Below are positions 1 to 9,015 of a DNA stretch of 25,257 nt, in pieces. The stretch is taken from the IMG/VR virus record IMGVR_UViG_3300045921_000484, positions 1 through 25,257 of that record; one strand, given 5' to 3'. The DNA is from a virus. Its lineage: Duplodnaviria; Heunggongvirae; Uroviricota; Caudoviricetes. Both the position numbers and the translations under genes were made by a program. The number at the start of each line of letters is the position of its first letter. The first letter of the stretch is position 1. The notes under the pieces were generated by a model that was not told the DNA's origin, did no database searches, and saw nothing but the letters and a program-made list of their open reading frames with translations.

Positions 1-73
1 ATGTGGAAACAAAGGTGAAAATCACTTAGGTAAGATATTAATGAAAGTTAGAAGTGAGTTACGATGTGGATGA
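1..73 (+). CDS. NADAR (YbiA-like) family protein, C-terminal end only
   Basis: Frame starting at base 2 reads CGNKGENHLGKILMKVRSELRCG* (TGA 71-73), matching the G-x-N-x-LG-x-x-LM-x-VR-x-x-L C-terminal signature of NADAR proteins. Confidence 0.75.
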   Translation, partial: CGNKGENHLGKILMKVRSELRCG

Positions 74-129
74 AATGGTTGATTTATCTTATACAAAGAT
101 TCTAAAGTTTTTTGAGTATAAAAAAAAAG

Positions 130-157
130 AAACTTTCAATAAAGTGTTCTCTATAAC
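130..157 (+). promoter_or_regulatory. Putative early/middle promoter AAACT-N17-TATAAC upstream of the methyltransferase
   Basis: The same AAACT...TATA arrangement precedes glnII, gp55 and gp44. Confidence 0.5.
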
Positions 158-184
158 TAAAGAGAAAAAATATAGAAAATAAAT

Positions 185-1156
185 ATGTGCGCAATGATTT
201 CCTATTTTGGGGGAAAGAGTTCTCCTGTTTTTATGGAGTTTATTAATTCTAAAATTCCTAAGACTGGAATAAAAACATATATAGAACCTTTTAGTGGTAG
301 TTTTGCTACTTATATGGATGATGATCAACTTGAATTTGATAAAGTTATCTACAATGATAAGAATCGACATCAGGTGAACTTGTATAAGTGTTGTTCTGAG
401 CCCGAAAAATTTCTTCCATATTTAGAGAATTTAAAAAATACTCTTCTTAAAACAGAAGAAAAGGATCCACTAAAAAAATGGGACTTTTATAAGGGTATTT
501 ATAAAGAATATATCAAAAACGATTTCCTAGATAACAATGATTTTGAAATAGGTGATTTTGAAAAAGCTGCTATATACGCATTTTTAATCACATCAGCTCA
601 TAATTCTGTTTACCCACGAGGAGCGGGTTTCAATGGATATAAGAAAGATAAAGATAAACTAAAGTTAGAAGTTCTTATTGATAAATTAAAGAAGAACAAA
701 TATACTAAGAAATTACAATCTATCACTGAGTTCAATAATATTGATTTTGAAGAGTTAATTAGAAAATATGATTCAGAAGATACTTACCTATATTTAGATC
801 CACCATATGCAAGATTTAATGAAGAAAAGGGAGAGGATGATGCTAAGAGGCTATTCTGGTATGGTGCTGACTCTGATGGTGTATTCGGACCCGCTTCACA
901 TAGAAGATTATTGGAATTACTAAAGACTACAAAATGTAGATGGTCTTTATCATACTACTACTTCCCATTACTCGATGAGTTATTACCAAGAGACCAATAT
1001 GTATGGACTCAGAAAGAAGTTTTCAGAAGTTCAGCACATGGTGGTAATAATTCTAGCCTTAAAGGTGAACAAACTAAAGGGGTTGAGTTACTTATTATGA
1101 ATTATGATCCAAATACTGGATTAAGAACAAATATACAGTATGAGTCTAGAGTGTAA
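185..1156 (+). CDS. dam: DNA adenine methyltransferase, Dam/D12 class
   Basis: YFGGKS, YIEPFSGS (SAM-binding motif I), YNDKN, catalytic YLDPPY and C-terminal ELLIMNY; the start may be the second Met (MISY). Confidence 0.9.
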   Translation: MCAMISYFGGKSSPVFMEFINSKIPKTGIKTYIEPFSGSFATYMDDDQLEFDKVIYNDKNRHQVNLYKCCSEPEKFLPYLENLKNTLLKTEEKDPLKKWDFYKGIYKEYIKNDFLDNNDFEIGDFEKAAIYAFLITSAHNSVYPRGAGFNGYKKDKDKLKLEVLIDKLKKNKYTKKLQSITEFNNIDFEELIRKYDSEDTYLYLDPPYARFNEEKGEDDAKRLFWYGADSDGVFGPASHRRLLELLKTTKCRWSLSYYYFPLLDELLPRDQYVWTQKEVFRSSAHGGNNSSLKGEQTKGVELLIMNYDPNTGLRTNIQYESRV

Positions 1157-1901
1157 TTTGTTAGATAGTATAAATAATTTATCATTTAAATTATTAAATT
1201 TACCAGATTTTTTTAACATTCAGGTGTGTGATTATAGTTTACCTGAGAGATTAGAAGCATCTTTTAGTATAAAAACTATACCTCAAGTTTTTGATATTGA
1301 TATTAAGTCTGAAATATTAAAACAAATATGTAATGACCTTACAACAAAAGTTGTTAATAATTCTCTACAAGAAATGTCAAATTCAAGTAATATAGTAGTT
1401 GATTTTATCGATAAAAGAGGACTGGGAGATATCACAATTATTCCATATTCTGATATAGAGGATTTTGTTTCTGAAATAGTGAATCAGTGTCGAGGTTATA
1501 AAAATATTGTTTGTAGTGGGTCTGTTGCTATTGTAATACAGGATGATTCGAGATTACATTTTTCACCACAAAATGAAAATTTCATAAAGACACAATCATT
1601 TATTTATAAGGTTGGTGTTATATGTGGTATCAATGTGTGGATAGATCCATATATGAAATATAATGATTATAAGATAATGGCTTTTAATGATATTGATATT
1701 AAACTTAGTGGATTATCAAGTAAAATTGTATCTGAATCAAATTTTGACCAAAAAATTATCATAGGTTTTACTAAACTTACGAGTATAGGTGATGTTAAGA
1801 AGTTATATATTATAATTAATGAGTCATCTGAGGGGTGGATGATATTTGTTCAAAAAAATAGAGATTCAAAAATTAATAATATTTTGAATGAGGAAAAGTA
1901 G
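1140..1901 (+). CDS. Truncated, divergent paralog of the gp23-like major capsid protein
   Basis: Collinear matches to the MCP in this window: IVCSGSVAIVIQD vs LITNGGLAAALQD; YKVGVICGINVWIDPYMKYNDYKI vs YPVGSIGDISIYVDPYMKYNDNRI; IVSESNF vs VISEATF. Confidence 0.7.
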   Translation: MSLECNLLDSINNLSFKLLNLPDFFNIQVCDYSLPERLEASFSIKTIPQVFDIDIKSEILKQICNDLTTKVVNNSLQEMSNSSNIVVDFIDKRGLGDITIIPYSDIEDFVSEIVNQCRGYKNIVCSGSVAIVIQDDSRLHFSPQNENFIKTQSFIYKVGVICGINVWIDPYMKYNDYKIMAFNDIDIKLSGLSSKIVSESNFDQKIIIGFTKLTSIGDVKKLYIIINESSEGWMIFVQKNRDSKINNILNEEK

Positions 1902-1946
1902 AAACACGTTTTTAAAGATTTTTAACCAGAATGGATAGATATTCTT

Positions 1947-2450
1947 TTAGAAAGGTATGTCTTTCTCTTCTTTAGAACTATCTTCTTCATCATTAGCATC
2001 GTTTTCTTCTTCTCCATCATATACAAGTTCATCTTTATATGTGAAATTGAATGTTAATATAGGTCTACCATCTTTAGTTTCCCATAATTCGAATTCAGAT
2101 TCATATTGTAATAGTATGTCATTTTTAAGCTTTTTAGCTAAATCAAATACACTCAGTATATTTTTCATTTTTTCTCTTTTGTTGAGAACTACATATATAG
2201 ATATATTTAGACCCTCACTATCAACATCGGCTTCTATACCAACATTTTTGAATAATGATCTAATTAGATATAGTAGATGTTGCATATCCTCACTTTGTAT
2301 ATACTCATCTTCCTTATCGGGATCATATCCAGCATGAATTGATTTTTTTGAATAGTTTGGTCTTCCATATAAGAAGCCATCTGAATTATCATACTCGATC
2401 TCTACTGGATCGATTTCTTCGAATAATTTTTTATATTTTTTTAATTTCAT
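1947..2450 (-). CDS. Hypothetical acidic protein with putative capsid-targeting N-terminus
   Basis: 167-aa ORF directly abutting the peptidase stop; N-terminus MKLKKYKKLFEE. Confidence 0.75.
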   Translation of the reverse strand: MKLKKYKKLFEEIDPVEIEYDNSDGFLYGRPNYSKKSIHAGYDPDKEDEYIQSEDMQHLLYLIRSLFKNVGIEADVDSEGLNISIYVVLNKREKMKNILSVFDLAKKLKNDILLQYESEFELWETKDGRPILTFNFTYKDELVYDGEEENDANDEEDSSKEEKDIPF

Positions 2451-3812
2451 TTATTTCAATTCAATTTTTAGATATGTGTTTGAGAATGTAAGGTCGGGGT
2501 CTAATTTATGTTTTCTTAAAATAACAGACATTGATGATAATGTATTGTGTATTTCATCTATGCTAGAATCTTCTAAATCTATCCTTATAAATACAACGCC
2601 TTCATTACCAACAACTTTTGTTTCTGAATCAAATATAGACTCTTTAATATCCTTAATTAAGTGCTTGTATTTTTTTAATAATTCTTCATCAATTCCAACT
2701 TTTCTAACAGTTGGTAATGAGTTCCAATTAACTCTTAGAGTAGCTTGACATAACTTTATTAGATAAGTCATATTTTGGCTTTCATCTCTAGTATGTTCTT
2801 TATTATAACCAACAGAAACATTTGTGCATTCTGGTATTTGATCAATAAATGAAGCTGAATCAGTATATACACCAGTTGGATCTAATGATAATTTTAGACC
2901 ACTTTTATTAAATTCTTTACACAATGCTGTTGCGAACTCATTTGAACAGCATTTTCTACCCATTTGTTGCGTGATAACAGAGTGTGTTTTTCTTCTATCA
3001 AAAGAGATACATCTTTTGATGTTTTTTAAGTATTCTACTTCATCATACACATATGATAATTGATGAGATCCTATTCCACCTCTTTCTTCCCCAATGAAGA
3101 AATAGTATAGTCCTGGTATATTATGAGCCATCATATACATCATAATAGTTACACCTGATTTATCATCAGCTCCTAATATAGTATTACCATCTGTTATGAT
3201 ATATTCATTTCCTTCATGTATTACACTAAATAGATTAACTTCTGATTGATTTCTATCAGCCGTATCTAAGTGAGATGTGAACATTGTCTCAGGCTTATCA
3301 CCTATTATATAATAGTAGTTACCAACAACATCTTTTTTGAGGTTTTGTGGTAAGAATTTCAATACTTCATGTTCGTGTCCGTGCGGGTACGTCATTGTCA
3401 CCATTGACAGAAATGTTGATCTAACGTCTTTTGGGTTATATTTGAATTCACCCACTGTTATAGGTTTACCTCCAAATCTACTTTCTACTGTATCGCCTTT
3501 TACACCAGTTAATTTATGTATTCTATTTACGAATTTAGCGATATCCGACCTCATTATTGTTCCTTTGAAGAAATATTCAGCGAACCTATCTATCCTCATT
3601 GGACGAACCTTGTCATCAATTGTTACATCAAATGAACCAGGTGTTCTGGATAAATCTACTTTAGTTATTTTTAGACCATTATGATACTCAGCATCCGGTT
3701 CTGTCATCCATAGTAACTCGAAAGCCAAATATAGATTTTCACTTTCTAGTTTTTTTAATACACCTATAAGTGCTTTAGAGAATTCTATCTTTGGTAAACT
3801 GTTTTCTGACAT
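2451..3812 (-). CDS. M28-family (M20/M28 clan) zinc peptidase with N- and C-terminal extensions
   Basis: Metal-ligand motifs FTSHLDT, LGADDKSG, GEERGGIGS, ISFDRR, YTDSASF and SVGYNKEHT. Confidence 0.85.
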   Translation of the reverse strand: MSENSLPKIEFSKALIGVLKKLESENLYLAFELLWMTEPDAEYHNGLKITKVDLSRTPGSFDVTIDDKVRPMRIDRFAEYFFKGTIMRSDIAKFVNRIHKLTGVKGDTVESRFGGKPITVGEFKYNPKDVRSTFLSMVTMTYPHGHEHEVLKFLPQNLKKDVVGNYYYIIGDKPETMFTSHLDTADRNQSEVNLFSVIHEGNEYIITDGNTILGADDKSGVTIMMYMMAHNIPGLYYFFIGEERGGIGSHQLSYVYDEVEYLKNIKRCISFDRRKTHSVITQQMGRKCCSNEFATALCKEFNKSGLKLSLDPTGVYTDSASFIDQIPECTNVSVGYNKEHTRDESQNMTYLIKLCQATLRVNWNSLPTVRKVGIDEELLKKYKHLIKDIKESIFDSETKVVGNEGVVFIRIDLEDSSIDEIHNTLSSMSVILRKHKLDPDLTFSNTYLKIELK

Positions 3813-3837
3813 TACTTATTATAATTTTATAGTAATA

Positions 3838-3846
3838 TATATATTA
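3838..3846 (-). promoter_or_regulatory. Putative late promoter TAATATATA (peptidase)
   Basis: Motif recurs upstream of structural/late genes across the window. Confidence 0.6.
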
Positions 3847-3849
3847 ATA

Positions 3850-4542
3850 TTAAACATCAATTTCGTTGGCATTTATGTAGTCAACTTTTACTTGACCATT
3901 ATTCATCCCCGGCTCTTTTTTGACAAATTTTCTTTTACAGTAAACAACCGTTACTTTATTATCCTTTGGTGATTTACTATTTTTTTTGGCAATTGATGCT
4001 GCTTTTTTTATTACTTCGTTTGTTGGTAATTTATCATTTACTCTTATTACTATGTGACTACCAGGTACACCTTTTGCATGCATCCATATATCTTCTTTAT
4101 TAGCTATATTGAATGTTAAATGGTCATTTGACAAAGCATCTTTACCTATATAGATTGTAAATCCGTCAATTTCCATTTTTTTAATATTAGGAAATTTATT
4201 TTTTTTAGACTCATTAAATAAACTAAAATTCATTATTTTACTTTCTTTTATGTTATCCAAACAAAAATCAGTGAATTTATCCCAGTCACCTTTTTCTATA
4301 TTACCAATTTTTAATGATATCAATTCTTCTTCACCTTTAAATATATAATAATTTGTTTCGTTTTCTTCGATTCTCTCCTCAACACAACTATAAGGTGGAT
4401 TATTAAAATCTTCAATATCCATATCATCATATATTAATTTATTACAAATATATGCGTATATCCCAGTTAAGTTATTAAAGTATTTTATTATTATATTTTG
4501 ATCGTCATTCCGATTTTCAATTAATAGATATTTGCCACTCAT
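3850..4542 (-). CDS. NFACT RNA-binding domain (DUF814) protein with unknown N-terminal domain
   Basis: C-terminal half has IYIGKDALSNDHLTF...DIWMHAKGVPGSHIVIR...AASIA...VVYCKRKFVKK, typical of NFACT-R. Confidence 0.85.
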   Translation of the reverse strand: MSGKYLLIENRNDDQNIIIKYFNNLTGIYAYICNKLIYDDMDIEDFNNPPYSCVEERIEENETNYYIFKGEEELISLKIGNIEKGDWDKFTDFCLDNIKESKIMNFSLFNESKKNKFPNIKKMEIDGFTIYIGKDALSNDHLTFNIANKEDIWMHAKGVPGSHIVIRVNDKLPTNEVIKKAASIAKKNSKSPKDNKVTVVYCKRKFVKKEPGMNNGQVKVDYINANEIDV

Positions 4543-4546
4543 AATG

Positions 4547-4555
4547 TATATATTA
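4547..4555 (-). promoter_or_regulatory. Putative late promoter TAATATATA, 4 nt before the NFACT-R ATG
   Basis: Recurrent motif. Confidence 0.65.
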
Positions 4556-4577
4556 ATTACAAATTATTTAAAAAAAG

Positions 4578-4603
4578 AAAAAAGACTCCGAAGAGTCTTT
4601 TTT
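4578..4603 (-). terminator. Rho-independent terminator downstream of the major capsid gene
   Basis: Minus strand reads AAAAAAGACTC-TTCG-GAGTCTTTTTT: perfect stem, cUUCGg tetraloop and U tract. Confidence 0.9.
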
Positions 4604-4621
4604 CAATATATGGTAACTTAA

Positions 4622-6313
4622 TTAGTTAAGTAAACCTTTACTGTCATCAACTTTGATAGTCATGAACTGCTTTTGAGGGAACCAACCTACCTCAGCGATT
4701 GCATAACGGCTTCTTAATAACATTCTTGGAGCGAATGTTGCTTCAGAAATAACAGTAATAGACTGAGCCATTAAGTAAGGTACGAAAATGATACCTGGTT
4801 GGTCAGGATTGTTCTTTCTACCAAGAACGATTCTGTTATCGTTATACTTCATATATGGATCAACGTAGATAGAGATATCTCCGATAGAACCTACTGGGTA
4901 TAATTGACCTTGAGCATTCATCTTAGATTTAACTGGGTTAATTGTATAACCTGCAATATCTTGAAGAGCCGCAGCAAGACCTCCGTTTGTGATTAGATAC
5001 TGAGCAGGACCAATACGACCTTCAGTTGCTATGTAGTTCGAAGCATGAGCTATCTTAGTGATAAGTTTTCTTTGAACTGCATGTGTAGTTTCACCACCAA
5101 CGTTAGTACCAGCGTAAGCTGTATCTAAGTCAAATATTGTCATATTTGGGATGTTATTTAAACCAGAATTAGAAAGAGGAGCTGATTCTCTGTTAAGATC
5201 ACCCATTTCAAAAATCTTAGCAACTATTTGCTTAGAGATTGTTTGAGATAATTCGTTAACAAGTATAGATTCCATTTTTTGAACTATATCCATACCTGTG
5301 TTAGCTTTAATGTCTTCGATTTCAGTCCTTCTTAATGCTGAACTTACTTCAATAGTACCAACTGCAATTGTTTTAGAAGAAATCTTAGGACCGATAACAC
5401 CTGCGTAGCTATCATCATCTTTTTGACGATCCATTGGGTAGTTTCCAGCGAATCCTGTTGTGCTTGACATCCAGTTAGCTGAAAATCCTGGGATATGATC
5501 TTCAAGAGCTGATACTAATTCAACTGTTAAGTTACCAGAACCAGAAGTTACTGATGCTGTACCGATTGTTGTGATTTGATCAACCATTGATTGTGTTGGA
5601 TTGAATGTGTTTCTTGTTTGATCGAATGACCAAAGTGTGCTTGCTGTATTAACCGCGGTGTGAGCTGTGTTAAATTGTCTGTAAGCTCTGAACATTGGGT
5701 ATCCGTCAATACGAGAGAAACCTAAGAACTCAACAATACCAGCTTTTGAACCAGTTGGCTCAGTAGCTGTATTTACAGTAGGACCGTAGATATTTGTAAA
5801 CCATCTACCAGTTAAACCACCTTGAGTTTGTTGACCAGCGTTTGCAGTTAAAGTAGCGTTAACTAAAGATCTTTCAGTTGCATTAGCAATATTTAATTTG
5901 AAAACTTGTGGTCTTTCATCTTGAGCCCCTAAACGAGTATCATCGTATTGGAAGTCGATGTAAAGTAAATCGATTTTTGGACCCGGAGAAGGCTTAACAG
6001 CTACTAAATCAAGACCAATTGTATGAGCTGCAATTTTCATAGCTACTGGTAAAAGGTTCTGACCAACATCACCTGAACCAACTAATGTTGAGTTATTACC
6101 TATTGTTTGACCAGCTAATAATGATGGTTGAGGAGCAACAACTGCACCCATACCTGCTAAGTTAGATGCGTTAACGTAAGCGTTTTCGTTGATAGAGTGA
6201 TACTCAGCGTATTCAGACATCCAATCAATTTTCTCACTGTTAACACCCATGTTCTCAAGAACTGGAGACCATTTCTTGATTGCTTTTTGTTTGTCTATTC
6301 TAATGTGTGACAT
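4622..6313 (-). CDS. gp23: Major capsid protein, T4 gp23-like
   Basis: N-terminal KKWSPVLE, IGLDLVAVKP, IEDIKA...ILVNELSQTISKQI, IYVDPY, GIIFVPY and TFAPRMLLRSRYAI; adjacent to the protease gene and followed by a strong terminator. Confidence 0.93.
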   Translation of the reverse strand: MSHIRIDKQKAIKKWSPVLENMGVNSEKIDWMSEYAEYHSINENAYVNASNLAGMGAVVAPQPSLLAGQTIGNNSTLVGSGDVGQNLLPVAMKIAAHTIGLDLVAVKPSPGPKIDLLYIDFQYDDTRLGAQDERPQVFKLNIANATERSLVNATLTANAGQQTQGGLTGRWFTNIYGPTVNTATEPTGSKAGIVEFLGFSRIDGYPMFRAYRQFNTAHTAVNTASTLWSFDQTRNTFNPTQSMVDQITTIGTASVTSGSGNLTVELVSALEDHIPGFSANWMSSTTGFAGNYPMDRQKDDDSYAGVIGPKISSKTIAVGTIEVSSALRRTEIEDIKANTGMDIVQKMESILVNELSQTISKQIVAKIFEMGDLNRESAPLSNSGLNNIPNMTIFDLDTAYAGTNVGGETTHAVQRKLITKIAHASNYIATEGRIGPAQYLITNGGLAAALQDIAGYTINPVKSKMNAQGQLYPVGSIGDISIYVDPYMKYNDNRIVLGRKNNPDQPGIIFVPYLMAQSITVISEATFAPRMLLRSRYAIAEVGWFPQKQFMTIKVDDSKGLLN

Positions 6314-6344
6314 AGTTTTTTATTATTTTTTTTTCTTTATAATC

Positions 6345-6391
6345 TATATATAAATCCTAATTTTCTTTATTTTTTCAAGGTGGATTTTTTA
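6345..6391 (-). promoter_or_regulatory. Late promoter TTATATATA (6345-6353) with upstream TAAAAAATCCACCTTGAAAA box (6372-6391) for the capsid gene
   Basis: A near-identical box at the same spacing occurs upstream of the protease gene. Confidence 0.6.
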
Positions 6392-6395
6392 TAGA

Positions 6396-8474
6396 TTAGA
6401 TGTTTTTGAATCTTTCCATTATAGCTTGGACTTCTTTATCAGAAAGTTTATCTTCTTGTATTAAACTTTCATGTGACACAAGCTTCTTAGTAACAGATTC
6501 ATTTTTTTTGAGATTTCTAGTTAACCAGAAATGCTCAATTTGATTTTCAGTTTTTAATACATCTTCTGGGTATAATCTAGCTTGTGATAAGATAGACTTT
6601 TTAGAAGATTCATTTAACTGATTCCAGATTGGCTTAATGTTTTCAGGCATCAATCTGATTATTCTTTCTTCAAGAGATTCATTCTTAGATGAAAGTGCTT
6701 CAGCGATCAAAGAAAGTACATCTTTCTGTGTGAAATAACTTCTTTCGTTTATGTGAAGTTTAACAGTTTCTTGTTCTTCTTCTGATAGTGCATAAAAGCT
6801 ATCAACTTGTGACTTGTTCAAGAATTTTAAGAAATTCAAGTCAGTTGATTCAGAAACTTTACGTTTTTTAGCTTCTTCAATTAATTTATCAATAGATTTA
6901 GATAATTCTGTATCTGATTTGCCTTCGTATGTTGATTCTTCTTCATCTTTATTATCTTCCTCTTCTTCTTTATTATAAACCTTTTCTGAGTTAACTTTAG
7001 AAACACCATTTAATTCACAAGGTTCACATACTTCTTTTTCCTCTTCTTCCTCTTCTATATTTTCAAAACCAGCGTCTTGCAATGAAGGGAAAGATTCTTC
7101 AACAGATTCAAATAATTTACCACTGTTTAATTTCTCAACGATCATTCCTTGATAAGAAATAGATTTGTCAAGATTTTCAGCGATATATTCAGAATATGCA
7201 ATGTTGTCATCTAAATGTTCGGCAATGTACTCAGAGTAAGCAATGTTACCTTCGATATGTTCTGCTAAATATTCAGAATATGCAATTGAGTTATCAACAT
7301 GTTCAGCAATATATTCAGAATAGGAAATATTCTTGTCAAGATTTTCAGCTATATACTCAGAGTAAGCAATATTCTTATCTAAATTCTCAGCTAAATACTC
7401 AGAGTAAGCGATGTTCTTATCAAGATTTTCAGCAATATATTCAGAATAAGAAATATTCTTGTCAAGATTTTCAGCAATATATTCAGAATAAGAAATATTC
7501 TTATCTAAATTCTCAGCTAAATACTCAGAATATTCAATGTTTTTGTCAAGATTCTCAGCAAGATATTCAGAGTAGTTAATTGCTTTCTCTAGATTCTCAG
7601 CTAAGTAGTCATTGTGCTTAATAAGCTTTTCAGCTGTTTCTTTTAGAGATTTATTTTCATTAACAACAACCTGTACTTTTTCAGCCAAGTAATCAAGATA
7701 TTTAATCACTTGTGAGTTAGTTTTGTTTAATTCTTCATAGTATTCAATTAACTGCTCAAGTTTTTTAGGGTTCATATTACCCTTAGTGATGGCACTTTTA
7801 ACTTCTTTTTTAGTAGAAGCTATTTCATTAACTAAGTACTGAGAGTATTCAGTTAATTGTTTTTTTGTAACATAATCGTTCTTATTCATGTTAAATATCT
7901 CATTTATTTTGGACTCATCGGACATTTCATATATCCTAAAGTTAGATTTTGGGTTTGTGTAACCTAGAGACTCATTAAGAACTTTAACACTCATTTTAGC
8001 AGATGAGAAACCCGGATCCGCAACAATGTCATAAGTGAATAGCTTCTTTAATGAAACAGATCCATCAGATTCGGTAATACCTGCTGCTCTGGAAGAAACA
8101 AAAATAGGACACCCGTCATCGACAAGAGCCTTAGCTTCTTTACCCCAGTAAGTATTAAGTAATTTGATTTCACCTTCTACTTTGTTTGATTCTTTTACAT
8201 AAGAAGCTTTGGTAATAATGTGAGATGCTCTTGAAAGAGAAGTGTCAAATACATCGGGGTGATCAAACTCCCCATATACAACACCTAAGCTTTTAATTCT
8301 TTCATTAAGTTCATCAAGAGCAGGAAGGAATTTATCAGCGGTATATATTCTTTCGTTACGGTTTTTAACTCCGAACTCGGTAAAAGTACCGCCTAAAACA
8401 TAATCCTTCTTACCAGCACTGTTCTCTCTTATAAGAGAGCTAGTTGAATTTTCTACAATTAAAACTGGTTTCAT
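6396..8474 (-). CDS. gp21: Prohead protease (gp21-like) fused to a coiled-coil scaffold/core domain
   Basis: N-terminal part has NRNERIY, YGEFDHP, VSSRAAG and TYDIVADPGF (gp21 catalytic His/Ser motifs); followed by about 500 aa of helical, repetitive and acidic sequence. Confidence 0.9.
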   Translation of the reverse strand: MKPVLIVENSTSSLIRENSAGKKDYVLGGTFTEFGVKNRNERIYTADKFLPALDELNERIKSLGVVYGEFDHPDVFDTSLSRASHIITKASYVKESNKVEGEIKLLNTYWGKEAKALVDDGCPIFVSSRAAGITESDGSVSLKKLFTYDIVADPGFSSAKMSVKVLNESLGYTNPKSNFRIYEMSDESKINEIFNMNKNDYVTKKQLTEYSQYLVNEIASTKKEVKSAITKGNMNPKKLEQLIEYYEELNKTNSQVIKYLDYLAEKVQVVVNENKSLKETAEKLIKHNDYLAENLEKAINYSEYLAENLDKNIEYSEYLAENLDKNISYSEYIAENLDKNISYSEYIAENLDKNIAYSEYLAENLDKNIAYSEYIAENLDKNISYSEYIAEHVDNSIAYSEYLAEHIEGNIAYSEYIAEHLDDNIAYSEYIAENLDKSISYQGMIVEKLNSGKLFESVEESFPSLQDAGFENIEEEEEEKEVCEPCELNGVSKVNSEKVYNKEEEEDNKDEEESTYEGKSDTELSKSIDKLIEEAKKRKVSESTDLNFLKFLNKSQVDSFYALSEEEQETVKLHINERSYFTQKDVLSLIAEALSSKNESLEERIIRLMPENIKPIWNQLNESSKKSILSQARLYPEDVLKTENQIEHFWLTRNLKKNESVTKKLVSHESLIQEDKLSDKEVQAIMERFKNI
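7152..7613 (-). repeat. 11 tandem 42-bp (14-aa) repeats SEY(I/L)AE(N/H)LDKNI(S/A)Y inside the scaffold domain
   Basis: Counted directly in the translation and DNA. Confidence 0.95.
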
Positions 8475-8504
8475 TTAAAATATTTATTTTTTGTCGTTGT
8501 ATCA

Positions 8505-8552
8505 TATATATTATCAATAAAAAATCTACTATTTTCAAAGGTGGATTTTTTA
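8505..8552 (-). promoter_or_regulatory. Late promoter TAATATATA (8505-8513) with upstream TAAAAAATCCACCTTTGAAAA box (8532-8552) for the protease gene
   Basis: Matches the box and spacing seen upstream of the capsid gene. Confidence 0.6.
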
Positions 8553-8616
8553 TTGTCTATCTTTAGAGGAAAAAAACAATATTTAATAAATATTAGAAAA
8601 TATCACGGTTTTTTTA

Positions 8617-9015
8617 ATGATTCTTACAAGAGAAATAAACATTAAGATAAATGAATCCAACTATTCTTATTATGAGGATTTGGGATATGATGTTGCTATA
8701 GGTGAAATAATTACAATACCTATTGAACTAATATCAAGAGGATCTCATTATAAGATTAAGTGTAAGTGTGATGGGTGTGGTGTTGAAAAGGATGTCATAT
8801 TTAAGAATTATGTTAAATATGATAATAAGTGGGGTGAATATTTTTGTAGAAAATGTTCAGAGAAGAAAAGAAAAGAAACACTTAGAAAAAATTTTGGTGT
8901 TGATTATCCTATACAGAATAAGATAGTTCTTGACAAAATGAAGACTACTCTTATGGAGAAGTATGGTGTTGATAACATTTCTAAGAGAGATAAGAAAAGT
9001 GAAAAATCTGTTTAA
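8617..9015 (+). CDS. Zinc-ribbon protein resembling the N-terminal DNA-binding part of phage homing endonucleases, no nuclease domain
   Basis: CKCDGC...CRKC followed by (K/N)(F/Y)GVD repeats (KNFGVDYPIQN, EKYGVDNIS). Confidence 0.65.
   Translation: MILTREINIKINESNYSYYEDLGYDVAIGEIITIPIELISRGSHYKIKCKCDGCGVEKDVIFKNYVKYDNKWGEYFCRKCSEKKRKETLRKNFGVDYPIQNKIVLDKMKTTLMEKYGVDNISKRDKKSEKSV

Noticed and set aside
7152-7613. CRISPR-like array in the 42-bp repeats (also considered for the 63-bp repeats)
   Set aside because: Repeats are contiguous, in frame, vary at synonymous sites and have no unique spacers
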